From Squalus acanthias (lineage: Eukaryota): a stretch of 64,000 nucleotides of DNA. Below, piece after piece: positions 29,401-44,400 of the stretch. Below the pieces are notes generated by a model. It was not told where the DNA came from and did not search any database. It was given only the letters and a program-made list of their open reading frames with translations. The translations under genes were made by a program, and so were the position numbers. The stretch spans positions 5,148,001 to 5,212,000 of the forward strand of contig JASTWF010000033.1 in the NCBI GenBank assembly GCA_030390025.1, in the 5' to 3' direction. Positions within the stretch are counted from its first letter, which is position 1. Each line of letters begins with the position of its first letter.

Positions 29401-32400
29401 CTTGTCTTTTATTCCTCTTGTCTTTTATTCCTCTTGTCTTTTATTCCTCTTGTCTTTTATTCCTCTTGTCTTTTATTCCTCTTGTCTTTTATTCCTCTTG
29501 TCTTTTATTCCTCTTGTCTTTTATTCCTCTTGTCTTTTATTCCTCTTGTCTTTTATTCCTCTTGTCTTTTATTCCTCTTGTCTTTTATTCCTCTTGTCTT
29601 TTATTCCTCTTGTCTTTTATTCCTCTTGTCTTTTATTCCTCTTGTCTTTTATTCCTCTTGTCTTTTATTCCTCTTGTCTTTTATTCCTCTTGTCTTTTAT
29701 TCCTCTTGTCTTTTATTCCTCTTGTCTTTTATTCCTCTTGTCTTTTATTCCTCTTGTCTTTTATTCCTCTTGTCTTTTATTCCTCTTGTCTTTTATTCCT
29801 CTTGTCTTTTATTCCTCTTGTCTTTTATTCCTCTTGTCTTTTATTCCTCTTGTCTTTTATTCCTCTTGTCTTTTATTCCTCTTGTCTTTTATTCCTCTTG
29901 TCTTTTATTCCTCTTGTCTTTTATTCCTCTTGTCTTTTATTCCTCTTGTCTTTTATTCCTCTTGTCTTTTATTCCTCTTGTCTTTTATTCCTCTTGTCTT
30001 TTATTCCTCTTGTCTTTTATTCCTCTTGTCTTTTATTCCTCTTGTCTTTTATTCCTCTTGTCTTTTATTCCTCTTGTCTTTTATTCCTCTTGTCTTTTAT
30101 TCCTCTTGTCTTTTATTCCTCTTGTCTTTTATTCCTCTTGTCTTTTATTCCTCTTGTCTTTTATTCCTCTTGTCTTTTATTCCTCTTGTCTTTTATTCCT
30201 CTTGTCTTTTATTCCTCTTGTCTTTTATTCCTCTTGTCTTTTATTCCTCTTGTCTTTTATTCCTCTTGTCTTTTATTCCTCTTGTCTTTTATTCCTCTTG
30301 TCTTTTATTCCTCTTGTCTTTTATTCCTCTTGTCTTTTATTCCTCTTGTCTTTTATTCCTCTTGTCTTTTATTCCTCTTGTCTTTTATTCCTCTTGTCTT
30401 TTATTCCTCTTGTCTTTTATTCCTCTTGTCTTTTATTCCTCTTGTCTTTTATTCCTCTTGTCTTTTATTCCTCTTGTCTTTTATTCCTCTTGTCTTTTAT
30501 TCCTCTTGTCTTTTATTCCTCTTGTCTTTTATTCCTCTTGTCTTTTATTCCTCTTGTCTTTTATTCCTCTTGTCTTTTATTCCTCTTGTCTTTTATTCCT
30601 CTTGTCTTTTATTCCTCTTGTCTTTTATTCCTCTTGTCTTTTATTCCTCTTGTCTTTTATTCCTCTTGTCTTTTATTCCTCTTGTCTTTTATTCCTCTTG
30701 TCTTTTATTCCTCTTGTCTTTTATTCCTCTTGTCTTTTATTCCTCTTGTCTTTTATTCCTCTTGTCTTTTATTCCTCTTGTCTTTTATTCCTCTTGTCTT
30801 TTATTCCTCTTGTCTTTTATTCCTCTTGTCTTTTATTCCTCTTGTCTTTTATTCCTCTTGTCTTTTATTCCTCTTGTCTTTTATTCCTCTTGTCTTTTAT
30901 TCCTCTTGTCTTTTATTCCTCTTGTCTTTTATTCCTCTTGTCTTTTATTCCTCTTGTCTTTTATTCCTCTTGTCTTTTATTCCTCTTGTCTTTTATTCCT
31001 CTTGTCTTTTATTCCTCTTGTCTTTTATTCCTCTTGTCTTTTATTCCTCTTGTCTTTTATTCCTCTTGTCTTTTATTCCTCTTGTCTTTTATTCCTCTTG
31101 TCTTTTATTCCTCTTGTCTTTTATTCCTCTTGTCTTTTATTCCTCTTGTCTTTTATTCCTCTTGTCTTTTATTCCTCTTGTCTTTTATTCCTCTTGTCTT
31201 TTATTCCTCTTGTCTTTTATTCCTCTTGTCTTTTATTCCTCTTGTCTTTTATTCCTCTTGTCTTTTATTCCTCTTGTCTTTTATTCCTCTTGTCTTTTAT
31301 TCCTCTTGTCTTTTATTCCTCTTGTCTTTTATTCCTCTTGTCTTTTATTCCTCTTGTCTTTTATTCCTCTTGTCTTTTATTCCTCTTGTCTTTTATTCCT
31401 CTTGTCTTTTATTCCTCTTGTCTTTTATTCCTCTTGTCTTTTATTCCTCTTGTCTTTTATTCCTCTTGTCTTTTATTCCTCTTGTCTTTTATTCCTCTTG
31501 TCTTTTATTCCTCTTGTCTTTTATTCCTCTTGTCTTTTATTCCTCTTGTCTTTTATTCCTCTTGTCTTTTATTCCTCTTGTCTTTTATTCCTCTTGTCTT
31601 TTATTCCTCTTGTCTTTTATTCCTCTTGTCTTTTATTCCTCTTGTCTTTTATTCCTCTTGTCTTTTATTCCTCTTGTCTTTTATTCCTCTTGTCTTTTAT
31701 TCCTCTTGTCTTTTATTCCTCTTGTCTTTTATTCCTCTTGTCTTTTATTCCTCTTGTCTTTTATTCCTCTTGTCTTTTATTCCTCTTGTCTTTTATTCCT
31801 CTTGTCTTTTATTCCTCTTGTCTTTTATTCCTCTTGTCTTTTATTCCTCTTGTCTTTTATTCCTCTTGTCTTTTATTCCTCTTGTCTTTTATTCCTCTTG
31901 TCTTTTATTCCTCTTGTCTTTTATTCCTCTTGTCTTTTATTCCTCTTGTCTTTTATTCCTCTTGTCTTTTATTCCTCTTGTCTTTTATTCCTCTTGTCTT
32001 TTATTCCTCTTGTCTTTTATTCCTCTTGTCTTTTATTCCTCTTGTCTTTTATTCCTCTTGTCTTTTATTCCTCTTGTCTTTTATTCCTCTTGTCTTTTAT
32101 TCCTCTTGTCTTTTATTCCTCTTGTCTTTTATTCCTCTTGTCTTTTATTCCTCTTGTCTTTTATTCCTCTTGTCTTTTATTCCTCTTGTCTTTTATTCCT
32201 CTTGTCTTTTATTCCTCTTGTCTTTTATTCCTCTTGTCTTTTATTCCTCTTGTCTTTTATTCCTCTTGTCTTTTATTCCTCTTGTCTTTTATTCCTCTTG
32301 TCTTTTATTCCTCTTGTCTTTTATTCCTCTTGTCTTTTATTCCTCTTGTCTTTTATTCCTCTTGTCTTTTATTCCTCTTGTCTTTTATTCCTCTTGTCTT

Positions 32401-35400
32401 TTATTCCTCTTGTCTTTTATTCCTCTTGTCTTTTATTCCTCTTGTCTTTTATTCCTCTTGTCTTTTATTCCTCTTGTCTTTTATTCCTCTTGTCTTTTAT
32501 TCCTCTTGTCTTTTATTCCTCTTGTCTTTTATTCCTCTTGTCTTTTATTCCTCTTGTCTTTTATTCCTCTTGTCTTTTATTCCTCTTGTCTTTTATTCCT
32601 CTTGTCTTTTATTCCTCTTGTCTTTTATTCCTCTTGTCTTTTATTCCTCTTGTCTTTTATTCCTCTTGTCTTTTATTCCTCTTGTCTTTTATTCCTCTTG
32701 TCTTTTATTCCTCTTGTCTTTTATTCCTCTTGTCTTTTATTCCTCTTGTCTTTTATTCCTCTTGTCTTTTATTCCTCTTGTCTTTTATTCCTCTTGTCTT
32801 TTATTCCTCTTGTCTTTTATTCCTCTTGTCTTTTATTCCTCTTGTCTTTTATTCCTCTTGTCTTTTATTCCTCTTGTCTTTTATTCCTCTTGTCTTTTAT
32901 TCCTCTTGTCTTTTATTCCTCTTGTCTTTTATTCCTCTTGTCTTTTATTCCTCTTGTCTTTTATTCCTCTTGTCTTTTATTCCTCTTGTCTTTTATTCCT
33001 CTTGTCTTTTATTCCTCTTGTCTTTTATTCCTCTTGTCTTTTATTCCTCTTGTCTTTTATTCCTCTTGTCTTTTATTCCTCTTGTCTTTTATTCCTCTTG
33101 TCTTTTATTCCTCTTGTCTTTTATTCCTCTTGTCTTTTATTCCTCTTGTCTTTTATTCCTCTTGTCTTTTATTCCTCTTGTCTTTTATTCCTCTTGTCTT
33201 TTATTCCTCTTGTCTTTTATTCCTCTTGTCTTTTATTCCTCTTGTCTTTTATTCCTCTTGTCTTTTATTCCTCTTGTCTTTTATTCCTCTTGTCTTTTAT
33301 TCCTCTTGTCTTTTATTCCTCTTGTCTTTTATTCCTCTTGTCTTTTATTCCTCTTGTCTTTTATTCCTCTTGTCTTTTATTCCTCTTGTCTTTTATTCCT
33401 CTTGTCTTTTATTCCTCTTGTCTTTTATTCCTCTTGTCTTTTATTCCTCTTGTCTTTTATTCCTCTTGTCTTTTATTCCTCTTGTCTTTTATTCCTCTTG
33501 TCTTTTATTCCTCTTGTCTTTTATTCCTCTTGTCTTTTATTCCTCTTGTCTTTTATTCCTCTTGTCTTTTATTCCTCTTGTCTTTTATTCCTCTTGTCTT
33601 TTATTCCTCTTGTCTTTTATTCCTCTTGTCTTTTATTCCTCTTGTCTTTTATTCCTCTTGTCTTTTATTCCTCTTGTCTTTTATTCCTCTTGTCTTTTAT
33701 TCCTCTTGTCTTTTATTCCTCTTGTCTTTTATTCCTCTTGTCTTTTATTCCTCTTGTCTTTTATTCCTCTTGTCTTTTATTCCTCTTGTCTTTTATTCCT
33801 CTTGTCTTTTATTCCTCTTGTCTTTTATTCCTCTTGTCTTTTATTCCTCTTGTCTTTTATTCCTCTTGTCTTTTATTCCTCTTGTCTTTTATTCCTCTTG
33901 TCTTTTATTCCTCTTGTCTTTTATTCCTCTTGTCTTTTATTCCTCTTGTCTTTTATTCCTCTTGTCTTTTATTCCTCTTGTCTTTTATTCCTCTTGTCTT
34001 TTATTCCTCTTGTCTTTTATTCCTCTTGTCTTTTATTCCTCTTGTCTTTTATTCCTCTTGTCTTTTATTCCTCTTGTCTTTTATTCCTCTTGTCTTTTAT
34101 TCCTCTTGTCTTTTATTCCTCTTGTCTTTTATTCCTCTTGTCTTTTATTCCTCTTGTCTTTTATTCCTCTTGTCTTTTATTCCTCTTGTCTTTTATTCCT
34201 CTTGTCTTTTATTCCTCTTGTCTTTTATTCCTCTTGTCTTTTATTCCTCTTGTCTTTTATTCCTCTTGTCTTTTATTCCTCTTGTCTTTTATTCCTCTTG
34301 TCTTTTATTCCTCTTGTCTTTTATTCCTCTTGTCTTTTATTCCTCTTGTCTTTTATTCCTCTTGTCTTTTATTCCTCTTGTCTTTTATTCCTCTTGTCTT
34401 TTATTCCTCTTGTCTTTTATTCCTCTTGTCTTTTATTCCTCTTGTCTTTTATTCCTCTTGTCTTTTATTCCTCTTGTCTTTTATTCCTCTTGTCTTTTAT
34501 TCCTCTTGTCTTTTATTCCTCTTGTCTTTTATTCCTCTTGTCTTTTATTCCTCTTGTCTTTTATTCCTCTTGTCTTTTATTCCTCTTGTCTTTTATTCCT
34601 CTTGTCTTTTATTCCTCTTGTCTTTTATTCCTCTTGTCTTTTATTCCTCTTGTCTTTTATTCCTCTTGTCTTTTATTCCTCTTGTCTTTTATTCCTCTTG
34701 TCTTTTATTCCTCTTGTCTTTTATTCCTCTTGTCTTTTATTCCTCTTGTCTTTTATTCCTCTTGTCTTTTATTCCTCTTGTCTTTTATTCCTCTTGTCTT
34801 TTATTCCTCTTGTCTTTTATTCCTCTTGTCTTTTATTCCTCTTGTCTTTTATTCCTCTTGTCTTTTATTCCTCTTGTCTTTTATTCCTCTTGTCTTTTAT
34901 TCCTCTTGTCTTTTATTCCTCTTGTCTTTTATTCCTCTTGTCTTTTATTCCTCTTGTCTTTTATTCCTCTTGTCTTTTATTCCTCTTGTCTTTTATTCCT
35001 CTTGTCTTTTATTCCTCTTGTCTTTTATTCCTCTTGTCTTTTATTCCTCTTGTCTTTTATTCCTCTTGTCTTTTATTCCTCTTGTCTTTTATTCCTCTTG
35101 TCTTTTATTCCTCTTGTCTTTTATTCCTCTTGTCTTTTATTCCTCTTGTCTTTTATTCCTCTTGTCTTTTATTCCTCTTGTCTTTTATTCCTCTTGTCTT
35201 TTATTCCTCTTGTCTTTTATTCCTCTTGTCTTTTATTCCTCTTGTCTTTTATTCCTCTTGTCTTTTATTCCTCTTGTCTTTTATTCCTCTTGTCTTTTAT
35301 TCCTCTTGTCTTTTATTCCTCTTGTCTTTTATTCCTCTTGTCTTTTATTCCTCTTGTCTTTTATTCCTCTTGTCTTTTATTCCTCTTGTCTTTTATTCCT

Positions 35401-38400
35401 CTTGTCTTTTATTCCTCTTGTCTTTTATTCCTCTTGTCTTTTATTCCTCTTGTCTTTTATTCCTCTTGTCTTTTATTCCTCTTGTCTTTTATTCCTCTTG
35501 TCTTTTATTCCTCTTGTCTTTTATTCCTCTTGTCTTTTATTCCTCTTGTCTTTTATTCCTCTTGTCTTTTATTCCTCTTGTCTTTTATTCCTCTTGTCTT
35601 TTATTCCTCTTGTCTTTTATTCCTCTTGTCTTTTATTCCTCTTGTCTTTTATTCCTCTTGTCTTTTATTCCTCTTGTCTTTTATTCCTCTTGTCTTTTAT
35701 TCCTCTTGTCTTTTATTCCTCTTGTCTTTTATTCCTCTTGTCTTTTATTCCTCTTGTCTTTTATTCCTCTTGTCTTTTATTCCTCTTGTCTTTTATTCCT
35801 CTTGTCTTTTATTCCTCTTGTCTTTTATTCCTCTTGTCTTTTATTCCTCTTGTCTTTTATTCCTCTTGTCTTTTATTCCTCTTGTCTTTTATTCCTCTTG
35901 TCTTTTATTCCTCTTGTCTTTTATTCCTCTTGTCTTTTATTCCTCTTGTCTTTTATTCCTCTTGTCTTTTATTCCTCTTGTCTTTTATTCCTCTTGTCTT
36001 TTATTCCTCTTGTCTTTTATTCCTCTTGTCTTTTATTCCTCTTGTCTTTTATTCCTCTTGTCTTTTATTCCTCTTGTCTTTTATTCCTCTTGTCTTTTAT
36101 TCCTCTTGTCTTTTATTCCTCTTGTCTTTTATTCCTCTTGTCTTTTATTCCTCTTGTCTTTTATTCCTCTTGTCTTTTATTCCTCTTGTCTTTTATTCCT
36201 CTTGTCTTTTATTCCTCTTGTCTTTTATTCCTCTTGTCTTTTATTCCTCTTGTCTTTTATTCCTCTTGTCTTTTATTCCTCTTGTCTTTTATTCCTCTTG
36301 TCTTTTATTCCTCTTGTCTTTTATTCCTCTTGTCTTTTATTCCTCTTGTCTTTTATTCCTCTTGTCTTTTATTCCTCTTGTCTTTTATTCCTCTTGTCTT
36401 TTATTCCTCTTGTCTTTTATTCCTCTTGTCTTTTATTCCTCTTGTCTTTTATTCCTCTTGTCTTTTATTCCTCTTGTCTTTTATTCCTCTTGTCTTTTAT
36501 TCCTCTTGTCTTTTATTCCTCTTGTCTTTTATTCCTCTTGTCTTTTATTCCTCTTGTCTTTTATTCCTCTTGTCTTTTATTCCTCTTGTCTTTTATTCCT
36601 CTTGTCTTTTATTCCTCTTGTCTTTTATTCCTCTTGTCTTTTATTCCTCTTGTCTTTTATTCCTCTTGTCTTTTATTCCTCTTGTCTTTTATTCCTCTTG
36701 TCTTTTATTCCTCTTGTCTTTTATTCCTCTTGTCTTTTATTCCTCTTGTCTTTTATTCCTCTTGTCTTTTATTCCTCTTGTCTTTTATTCCTCTTGTCTT
36801 TTATTCCTCTTGTCTTTTATTCCTCTTGTCTTTTATTCCTCTTGTCTTTTATTCCTCTTGTCTTTTATTCCTCTTGTCTTTTATTCCTCTTGTCTTTTAT
36901 TCCTCTTGTCTTTTATTCCTCTTGTCTTTTATTCCTCTTGTCTTTTATTCCTCTTGTCTTTTATTCCTCTTGTCTTTTATTCCTCTTGTCTTTTATTCCT
37001 CTTGTCTTTTATTCCTCTTGTCTTTTATTCCTCTTGTCTTTTATTCCTCTTGTCTTTTATTCCTCTTGTCTTTTATTCCTCTTGTCTTTTATTCCTCTTG
37101 TCTTTTATTCCTCTTGTCTTTTATTCCTCTTGTCTTTTATTCCTCTTGTCTTTTATTCCTCTTGTCTTTTATTCCTCTTGTCTTTTATTCCTCTTGTCTT
37201 TTATTCCTCTTGTCTTTTATTCCTCTTGTCTTTTATTCCTCTTGTCTTTTATTCCTCTTGTCTTTTATTCCTCTTGTCTTTTATTCCTCTTGTCTTTTAT
37301 TCCTCTTGTCTTTTATTCCTCTTGTCTTTTATTCCTCTTGTCTTTTATTCCTCTTGTCTTTTATTCCTCTTGTCTTTTATTCCTCTTGTCTTTTATTCCT
37401 CTTGTCTTTTATTCCTCTTGTCTTTTATTCCTCTTGTCTTTTATTCCTCTTGTCTTTTATTCCTCTTGTCTTTTATTCCTCTTGTCTTTTATTCCTCTTG
37501 TCTTTTATTCCTCTTGTCTTTTATTCCTCTTGTCTTTTATTCCTCTTGTCTTTTATTCCTCTTGTCTTTTATTCCTCTTGTCTTTTATTCCTCTTGTCTT
37601 TTATTCCTCTTGTCTTTTATTCCTCTTGTCTTTTATTCCTCTTGTCTTTTATTCCTCTTGTCTTTTATTCCTCTTGTCTTTTATTCCTCTTGTCTTTTAT
37701 TCCTCTTGTCTTTTATTCCTCTTGTCTTTTATTCCTCTTGTCTTTTATTCCTCTTGTCTTTTATTCCTCTTGTCTTTTATTCCTCTTGTCTTTTATTCCT
37801 CTTGTCTTTTATTCCTCTTGTCTTTTATTCCTCTTGTCTTTTATTCCTCTTGTCTTTTATTCCTCTTGTCTTTTATTCCTCTTGTCTTTTATTCCTCTTG
37901 TCTTTTATTCCTCTTGTCTTTTATTCCTCTTGTCTTTTATTCCTCTTGTCTTTTATTCCTCTTGTCTTTTATTCCTCTTGTCTTTTATTCCTCTTGTCTT
38001 TTATTCCTCTTGTCTTTTATTCCTCTTGTCTTTTATTCCTCTTGTCTTTTATTCCTCTTGTCTTTTATTCCTCTTGTCTTTTATTCCTCTTGTCTTTTAT
38101 TCCTCTTGTCTTTTATTCCTCTTGTCTTTTATTCCTCTTGTCTTTTATTCCTCTTGTCTTTTATTCCTCTTGTCTTTTATTCCTCTTGTCTTTTATTCCT
38201 CTTGTCTTTTATTCCTCTTGTCTTTTATTCCTCTTGTCTTTTATTCCTCTTGTCTTTTATTCCTCTTGTCTTTTATTCCTCTTGTCTTTTATTCCTCTTG
38301 TCTTTTATTCCTCTTGTCTTTTATTCCTCTTGTCTTTTATTCCTCTTGTCTTTTATTCCTCTTGTCTTTTATTCCTCTTGTCTTTTATTCCTCTTGTCTT

Positions 38401-41400
38401 TTATTCCTCTTGTCTTTTATTCCTCTTGTCTTTTATTCCTCTTGTCTTTTATTCCTCTTGTCTTTTATTCCTCTTGTCTTTTATTCCTCTTGTCTTTTAT
38501 TCCTCTTGTCTTTTATTCCTCTTGTCTTTTATTCCTCTTGTCTTTTATTCCTCTTGTCTTTTATTCCTCTTGTCTTTTATTCCTCTTGTCTTTTATTCCT
38601 CTTGTCTTTTATTCCTCTTGTCTTTTATTCCTCTTGTCTTTTATTCCTCTTGTCTTTTATTCCTCTTGTCTTTTATTCCTCTTGTCTTTTATTCCTCTTG
38701 TCTTTTATTCCTCTTGTCTTTTATTCCTCTTGTCTTTTATTCCTCTTGTCTTTTATTCCTCTTGTCTTTTATTCCTCTTGTCTTTTATTCCTCTTGTCTT
38801 TTATTCCTCTTGTCTTTTATTCCTCTTGTCTTTTATTCCTCTTGTCTTTTATTCCTCTTGTCTTTTATTCCTCTTGTCTTTTATTCCTCTTGTCTTTTAT
38901 TCCTCTTGTCTTTTATTCCTCTTGTCTTTTATTCCTCTTGTCTTTTATTCCTCTTGTCTTTTATTCCTCTTGTCTTTTATTCCTCTTGTCTTTTATTCCT
39001 CTTGTCTTTTATTCCTCTTGTCTTTTATTCCTCTTGTCTTTTATTCCTCTTGTCTTTTATTCCTCTTGTCTTTTATTCCTCTTGTCTTTTATTCCTCTTG
39101 TCTTTTATTCCTCTTGTCTTTTATTCCTCTTGTCTTTTATTCCTCTTGTCTTTTATTCCTCTTGTCTTTTATTCCTCTTGTCTTTTATTCCTCTTGTCTT
39201 TTATTCCTCTTGTCTTTTATTCCTCTTGTCTTTTATTCCTCTTGTCTTTTATTCCTCTTGTCTTTTATTCCTCTTGTCTTTTATTCCTCTTGTCTTTTAT
39301 TCCTCTTGTCTTTTATTCCTCTTGTCTTTTATTCCTCTTGTCTTTTATTCCTCTTGTCTTTTATTCCTCTTGTCTTTTATTCCTCTTGTCTTTTATTCCT
39401 CTTGTCTTTTATTCCTCTTGTCTTTTATTCCTCTTGTCTTTTATTCCTCTTGTCTTTTATTCCTCTTGTCTTTTATTCCTCTTGTCTTTTATTCCTCTTG
39501 TCTTTTATTCCTCTTGTCTTTTATTCCTCTTGTCTTTTATTCCTCTTGTCTTTTATTCCTCTTGTCTTTTATTCCTCTTGTCTTTTATTCCTCTTGTCTT
39601 TTATTCCTCTTGTCTTTTATTCCTCTTGTCTTTTATTCCTCTTGTCTTTTATTCCTCTTGTCTTTTATTCCTCTTGTCTTTTATTCCTCTTGTCTTTTAT
39701 TCCTCTTGTCTTTTATTCCTCTTGTCTTTTATTCCTCTTGTCTTTTATTCCTCTTGTCTTTTATTCCTCTTGTCTTTTATTCCTCTTGTCTTTTATTCCT
39801 CTTGTCTTTTATTCCTCTTGTCTTTTATTCCTCTTGTCTTTTATTCCTCTTGTCTTTTATTCCTCTTGTCTTTTATTCCTCTTGTCTTTTATTCCTCTTG
39901 TCTTTTATTCCTCTTGTCTTTTATTCCTCTTGTCTTTTATTCCTCTTGTCTTTTATTCCTCTTGTCTTTTATTCCTCTTGTCTTTTATTCCTCTTGTCTT
40001 TTATTCCTCTTGTCTTTTATTCCTCTTGTCTTTTATTCCTCTTGTCTTTTATTCCTCTTGTCTTTTATTCCTCTTGTCTTTTATTCCTCTTGTCTTTTAT
40101 TCCTCTTGTCTTTTATTCCTCTTGTCTTTTATTCCTCTTGTCTTTTATTCCTCTTGTCTTTTATTCCTCTTGTCTTTTATTCCTCTTGTCTTTTATTCCT
40201 CTTGTCTTTTATTCCTCTTGTCTTTTATTCCTCTTGTCTTTTATTCCTCTTGTCTTTTATTCCTCTTGTCTTTTATTCCTCTTGTCTTTTATTCCTCTTG
40301 TCTTTTATTCCTCTTGTCTTTTATTCCTCTTGTCTTTTATTCCTCTTGTCTTTTATTCCTCTTGTCTTTTATTCCTCTTGTCTTTTATTCCTCTTGTCTT
40401 TTATTCCTCTTGTCTTTTATTCCTCTTGTCTTTTATTCCTCTTGTCTTTTATTCCTCTTGTCTTTTATTCCTCTTGTCTTTTATTCCTCTTGTCTTTTAT
40501 TCCTCTTGTCTTTTATTCCTCTTGTCTTTTATTCCTCTTGTCTTTTATTCCTCTTGTCTTTTATTCCTCTTGTCTTTTATTCCTCTTGTCTTTTATTCCT
40601 CTTGTCTTTTATTCCTCTTGTCTTTTATTCCTCTTGTCTTTTATTCCTCTTGTCTTTTATTCCTCTTGTCTTTTATTCCTCTTGTCTTTTATTCCTCTTG
40701 TCTTTTATTCCTCTTGTCTTTTATTCCTCTTGTCTTTTATTCCTCTTGTCTTTTATTCCTCTTGTCTTTTATTCCTCTTGTCTTTTATTCCTCTTGTCTT
40801 TTATTCCTCTTGTCTTTTATTCCTCTTGTCTTTTATTCCTCTTGTCTTTTATTCCTCTTGTCTTTTATTCCTCTTGTCTTTTATTCCTCTTGTCTTTTAT
40901 TCCTCTTGTCTTTTATTCCTCTTGTCTTTTATTCCTCTTGTCTTTTATTCCTCTTGTCTTTTATTCCTCTTGTCTTTTATTCCTCTTGTCTTTTATTCCT
41001 CTTGTCTTTTATTCCTCTTGTCTTTTATTCCTCTTGTCTTTTATTCCTCTTGTCTTTTATTCCTCTTGTCTTTTATTCCTCTTGTCTTTTATTCCTCTTG
41101 TCTTTTATTCCTCTTGTCTTTTATTCCTCTTGTCTTTTATTCCTCTTGTCTTTTATTCCTCTTGTCTTTTATTCCTCTTGTCTTTTATTCCTCTTGTCTT
41201 TTATTCCTCTTGTCTTTTATTCCTCTTGTCTTTTATTCCTCTTGTCTTTTATTCCTCTTGTCTTTTATTCCTCTTGTCTTTTATTCCTCTTGTCTTTTAT
41301 TCCTCTTGTCTTTTATTCCTCTTGTCTTTTATTCCTCTTGTCTTTTATTCCTCTTGTCTTTTATTCCTCTTGTCTTTTATTCCTCTTGTCTTTTATTCCT

Positions 41401-44400
41401 CTTGTCTTTTATTCCTCTTGTCTTTTATTCCTCTTGTCTTTTATTCCTCTTGTCTTTTATTCCTCTTGTCTTTTATTCCTCTTGTCTTTTATTCCTCTTG
41501 TCTTTTATTCCTCTTGTCTTTTATTCCTCTTGTCTTTTATTCCTCTTGTCTTTTATTCCTCTTGTCTTTTATTCCTCTTGTCTTTTATTCCTCTTGTCTT
41601 TTATTCCTCTTGTCTTTTATTCCTCTTGTCTTTTATTCCTCTTGTCTTTTATTCCTCTTGTCTTTTATTCCTCTTGTCTTTTATTCCTCTTGTCTTTTAT
41701 TCCTCTTGTCTTTTATTCCTCTTGTCTTTTATTCCTCTTGTCTTTTATTCCTCTTGTCTTTTATTCCTCTTGTCTTTTATTCCTCTTGTCTTTTATTCCT
41801 CTTGTCTTTTATTCCTCTTGTCTTTTATTCCTCTTGTCTTTTATTCCTCTTGTCTTTTATTCCTCTTGTCTTTTATTCCTCTTGTCTTTTATTCCTCTTG
41901 TCTTTTATTCCTCTTGTCTTTTATTCCTCTTGTCTTTTATTCCTCTTGTCTTTTATTCCTCTTGTCTTTTATTCCTCTTGTCTTTTATTCCTCTTGTCTT
42001 TTATTCCTCTTGTCTTTTATTCCTCTTGTCTTTTATTCCTCTTGTCTTTTATTCCTCTTGTCTTTTATTCCTCTTGTCTTTTATTCCTCTTGTCTTTTAT
42101 TCCTCTTGTCTTTTATTCCTCTTGTCTTTTATTCCTCTTGTCTTTTATTCCTCTTGTCTTTTATTCCTCTTGTCTTTTATTCCTCTTGTCTTTTATTCCT
42201 CTTGTCTTTTATTCCTCTTGTCTTTTATTCCTCTTGTCTTTTATTCCTCTTGTCTTTTATTCCTCTTGTCTTTTATTCCTCTTGTCTTTTATTCCTCTTG
42301 TCTTTTATTCCTCTTGTCTTTTATTCCTCTTGTCTTTTATTCCTCTTGTCTTTTATTCCTCTTGTCTTTTATTCCTCTTGTCTTTTATTCCTCTTGTCTT
42401 TTATTCCTCTTGTCTTTTATTCCTCTTGTCTTTTATTCCTCTTGTCTTTTATTCCTCTTGTCTTTTATTCCTCTTGTCTTTTATTCCTCTTGTCTTTTAT
42501 TCCTCTTGTCTTTTATTCCTCTTGTCTTTTATTCCTCTTGTCTTTTATTCCTCTTGTCTTTTATTCCTCTTGTCTTTTATTCCTCTTGTCTTTTATTCCT
42601 CTTGTCTTTTATTCCTCTTGTCTTTTATTCCTCTTGTCTTTTATTCCTCTTGTCTTTTATTCCTCTTGTCTTTTATTCCTCTTGTCTTTTATTCCTCTTG
42701 TCTTTTATTCCTCTTGTCTTTTATTCCTCTTGTCTTTTATTCCTCTTGTCTTTTATTCCTCTTGTCTTTTATTCCTCTTGTCTTTTATTCCTCTTGTCTT
42801 TTATTCCTCTTGTCTTTTATTCCTCTTGTCTTTTATTCCTCTTGTCTTTTATTCCTCTTGTCTTTTATTCCTCTTGTCTTTTATTCCTCTTGTCTTTTAT
42901 TCCTCTTGTCTTTTATTCCTCTTGTCTTTTATTCCTCTTGTCTTTTATTCCTCTTGTCTTTTATTCCTCTTGTCTTTTATTCCTCTTGTCTTTTATTCCT
43001 CTTGTCTTTTATTCCTCTTGTCTTTTATTCCTCTTGTCTTTTATTCCTCTTGTCTTTTATTCCTCTTGTCTTTTATTCCTCTTGTCTTTTATTCCTCTTG
43101 TCTTTTATTCCTCTTGTCTTTTATTCCTCTTGTCTTTTATTCCTCTTGTCTTTTATTCCTCTTGTCTTTTATTCCTCTTGTCTTTTATTCCTCTTGTCTT
43201 TTATTCCTCTTGTCTTTTATTCCTCTTGTCTTTTATTCCTCTTGTCTTTTATTCCTCTTGTCTTTTATTCCTCTTGTCTTTTATTCCTCTTGTCTTTTAT
43301 TCCTCTTGTCTTTTATTCCTCTTGTCTTTTATTCCTCTTGTCTTTTATTCCTCTTGTCTTTTATTCCTCTTGTCTTTTATTCCTCTTGTCTTTTATTCCT
43401 CTTGTCTTTTATTCCTCTTGTCTTTTATTCCTCTTGTCTTTTATTCCTCTTGTCTTTTATTCCTCTTGTCTTTTATTCCTCTTGTCTTTTATTCCTCTTG
43501 TCTTTTATTCCTCTTGTCTTTTATTCCTCTTGTCTTTTATTCCTCTTGTCTTTTATTCCTCTTGTCTTTTATTCCTCTTGTCTTTTATTCCTCTTGTCTT
43601 TTATTCCTCTTGTCTTTTATTCCTCTTGTCTTTTATTCCTCTTGTCTTTTATTCCTCTTGTCTTTTATTCCTCTTGTCTTTTATTCCTCTTGTCTTTTAT
43701 TCCTCTTGTCTTTTATTCCTCTTGTCTTTTATTCCTCTTGTCTTTTATTCCTCTTGTCTTTTATTCCTCTTGTCTTTTATTCCTCTTGTCTTTTATTCCT
43801 CTTGTCTTTTATTCCTCTTGTCTTTTATTCCTCTTGTCTTTTATTCCTCTTGTCTTTTATTCCTCTTGTCTTTTATTCCTCTTGTCTTTTATTCCTCTTG
43901 TCTTTTATTCCTCTTGTCTTTTATTCCTCTTGTCTTTTATTCCTCTTGTCTTTTATTCCTCTTGTCTTTTATTCCTCTTGTCTTTTATTCCTCTTGTCTT
44001 TTATTCCTCTTGTCTTTTATTCCTCTTGTCTTTTATTCCTCTTGTCTTTTATTCCTCTTGTCTTTTATTCCTCTTGTCTTTTATTCCTCTTGTCTTTTAT
44101 TCCTCTTGTCTTTTATTCCTCTTGTCTTTTATTCCTCTTGTCTTTTATTCCTCTTGTCTTTTATTCCTCTTGTCTTTTATTCCTCTTGTCTTTTATTCCT
44201 CTTGTCTTTTATTCCTCTTGTCTTTTATTCCTCTTGTCTTTTATTCCTCTTGTCTTTTATTCCTCTTGTCTTTTATTCCTCTTGTCTTTTATTCCTCTTG
44301 TCTTTTATTCCTCTTGTCTTTTATTCCTCTTGTCTTTTATTCCTCTTGTCTTTTATTCCTCTTGTCTTTTATTCCTCTTGTCTTTTATTCCTCTTGTCTT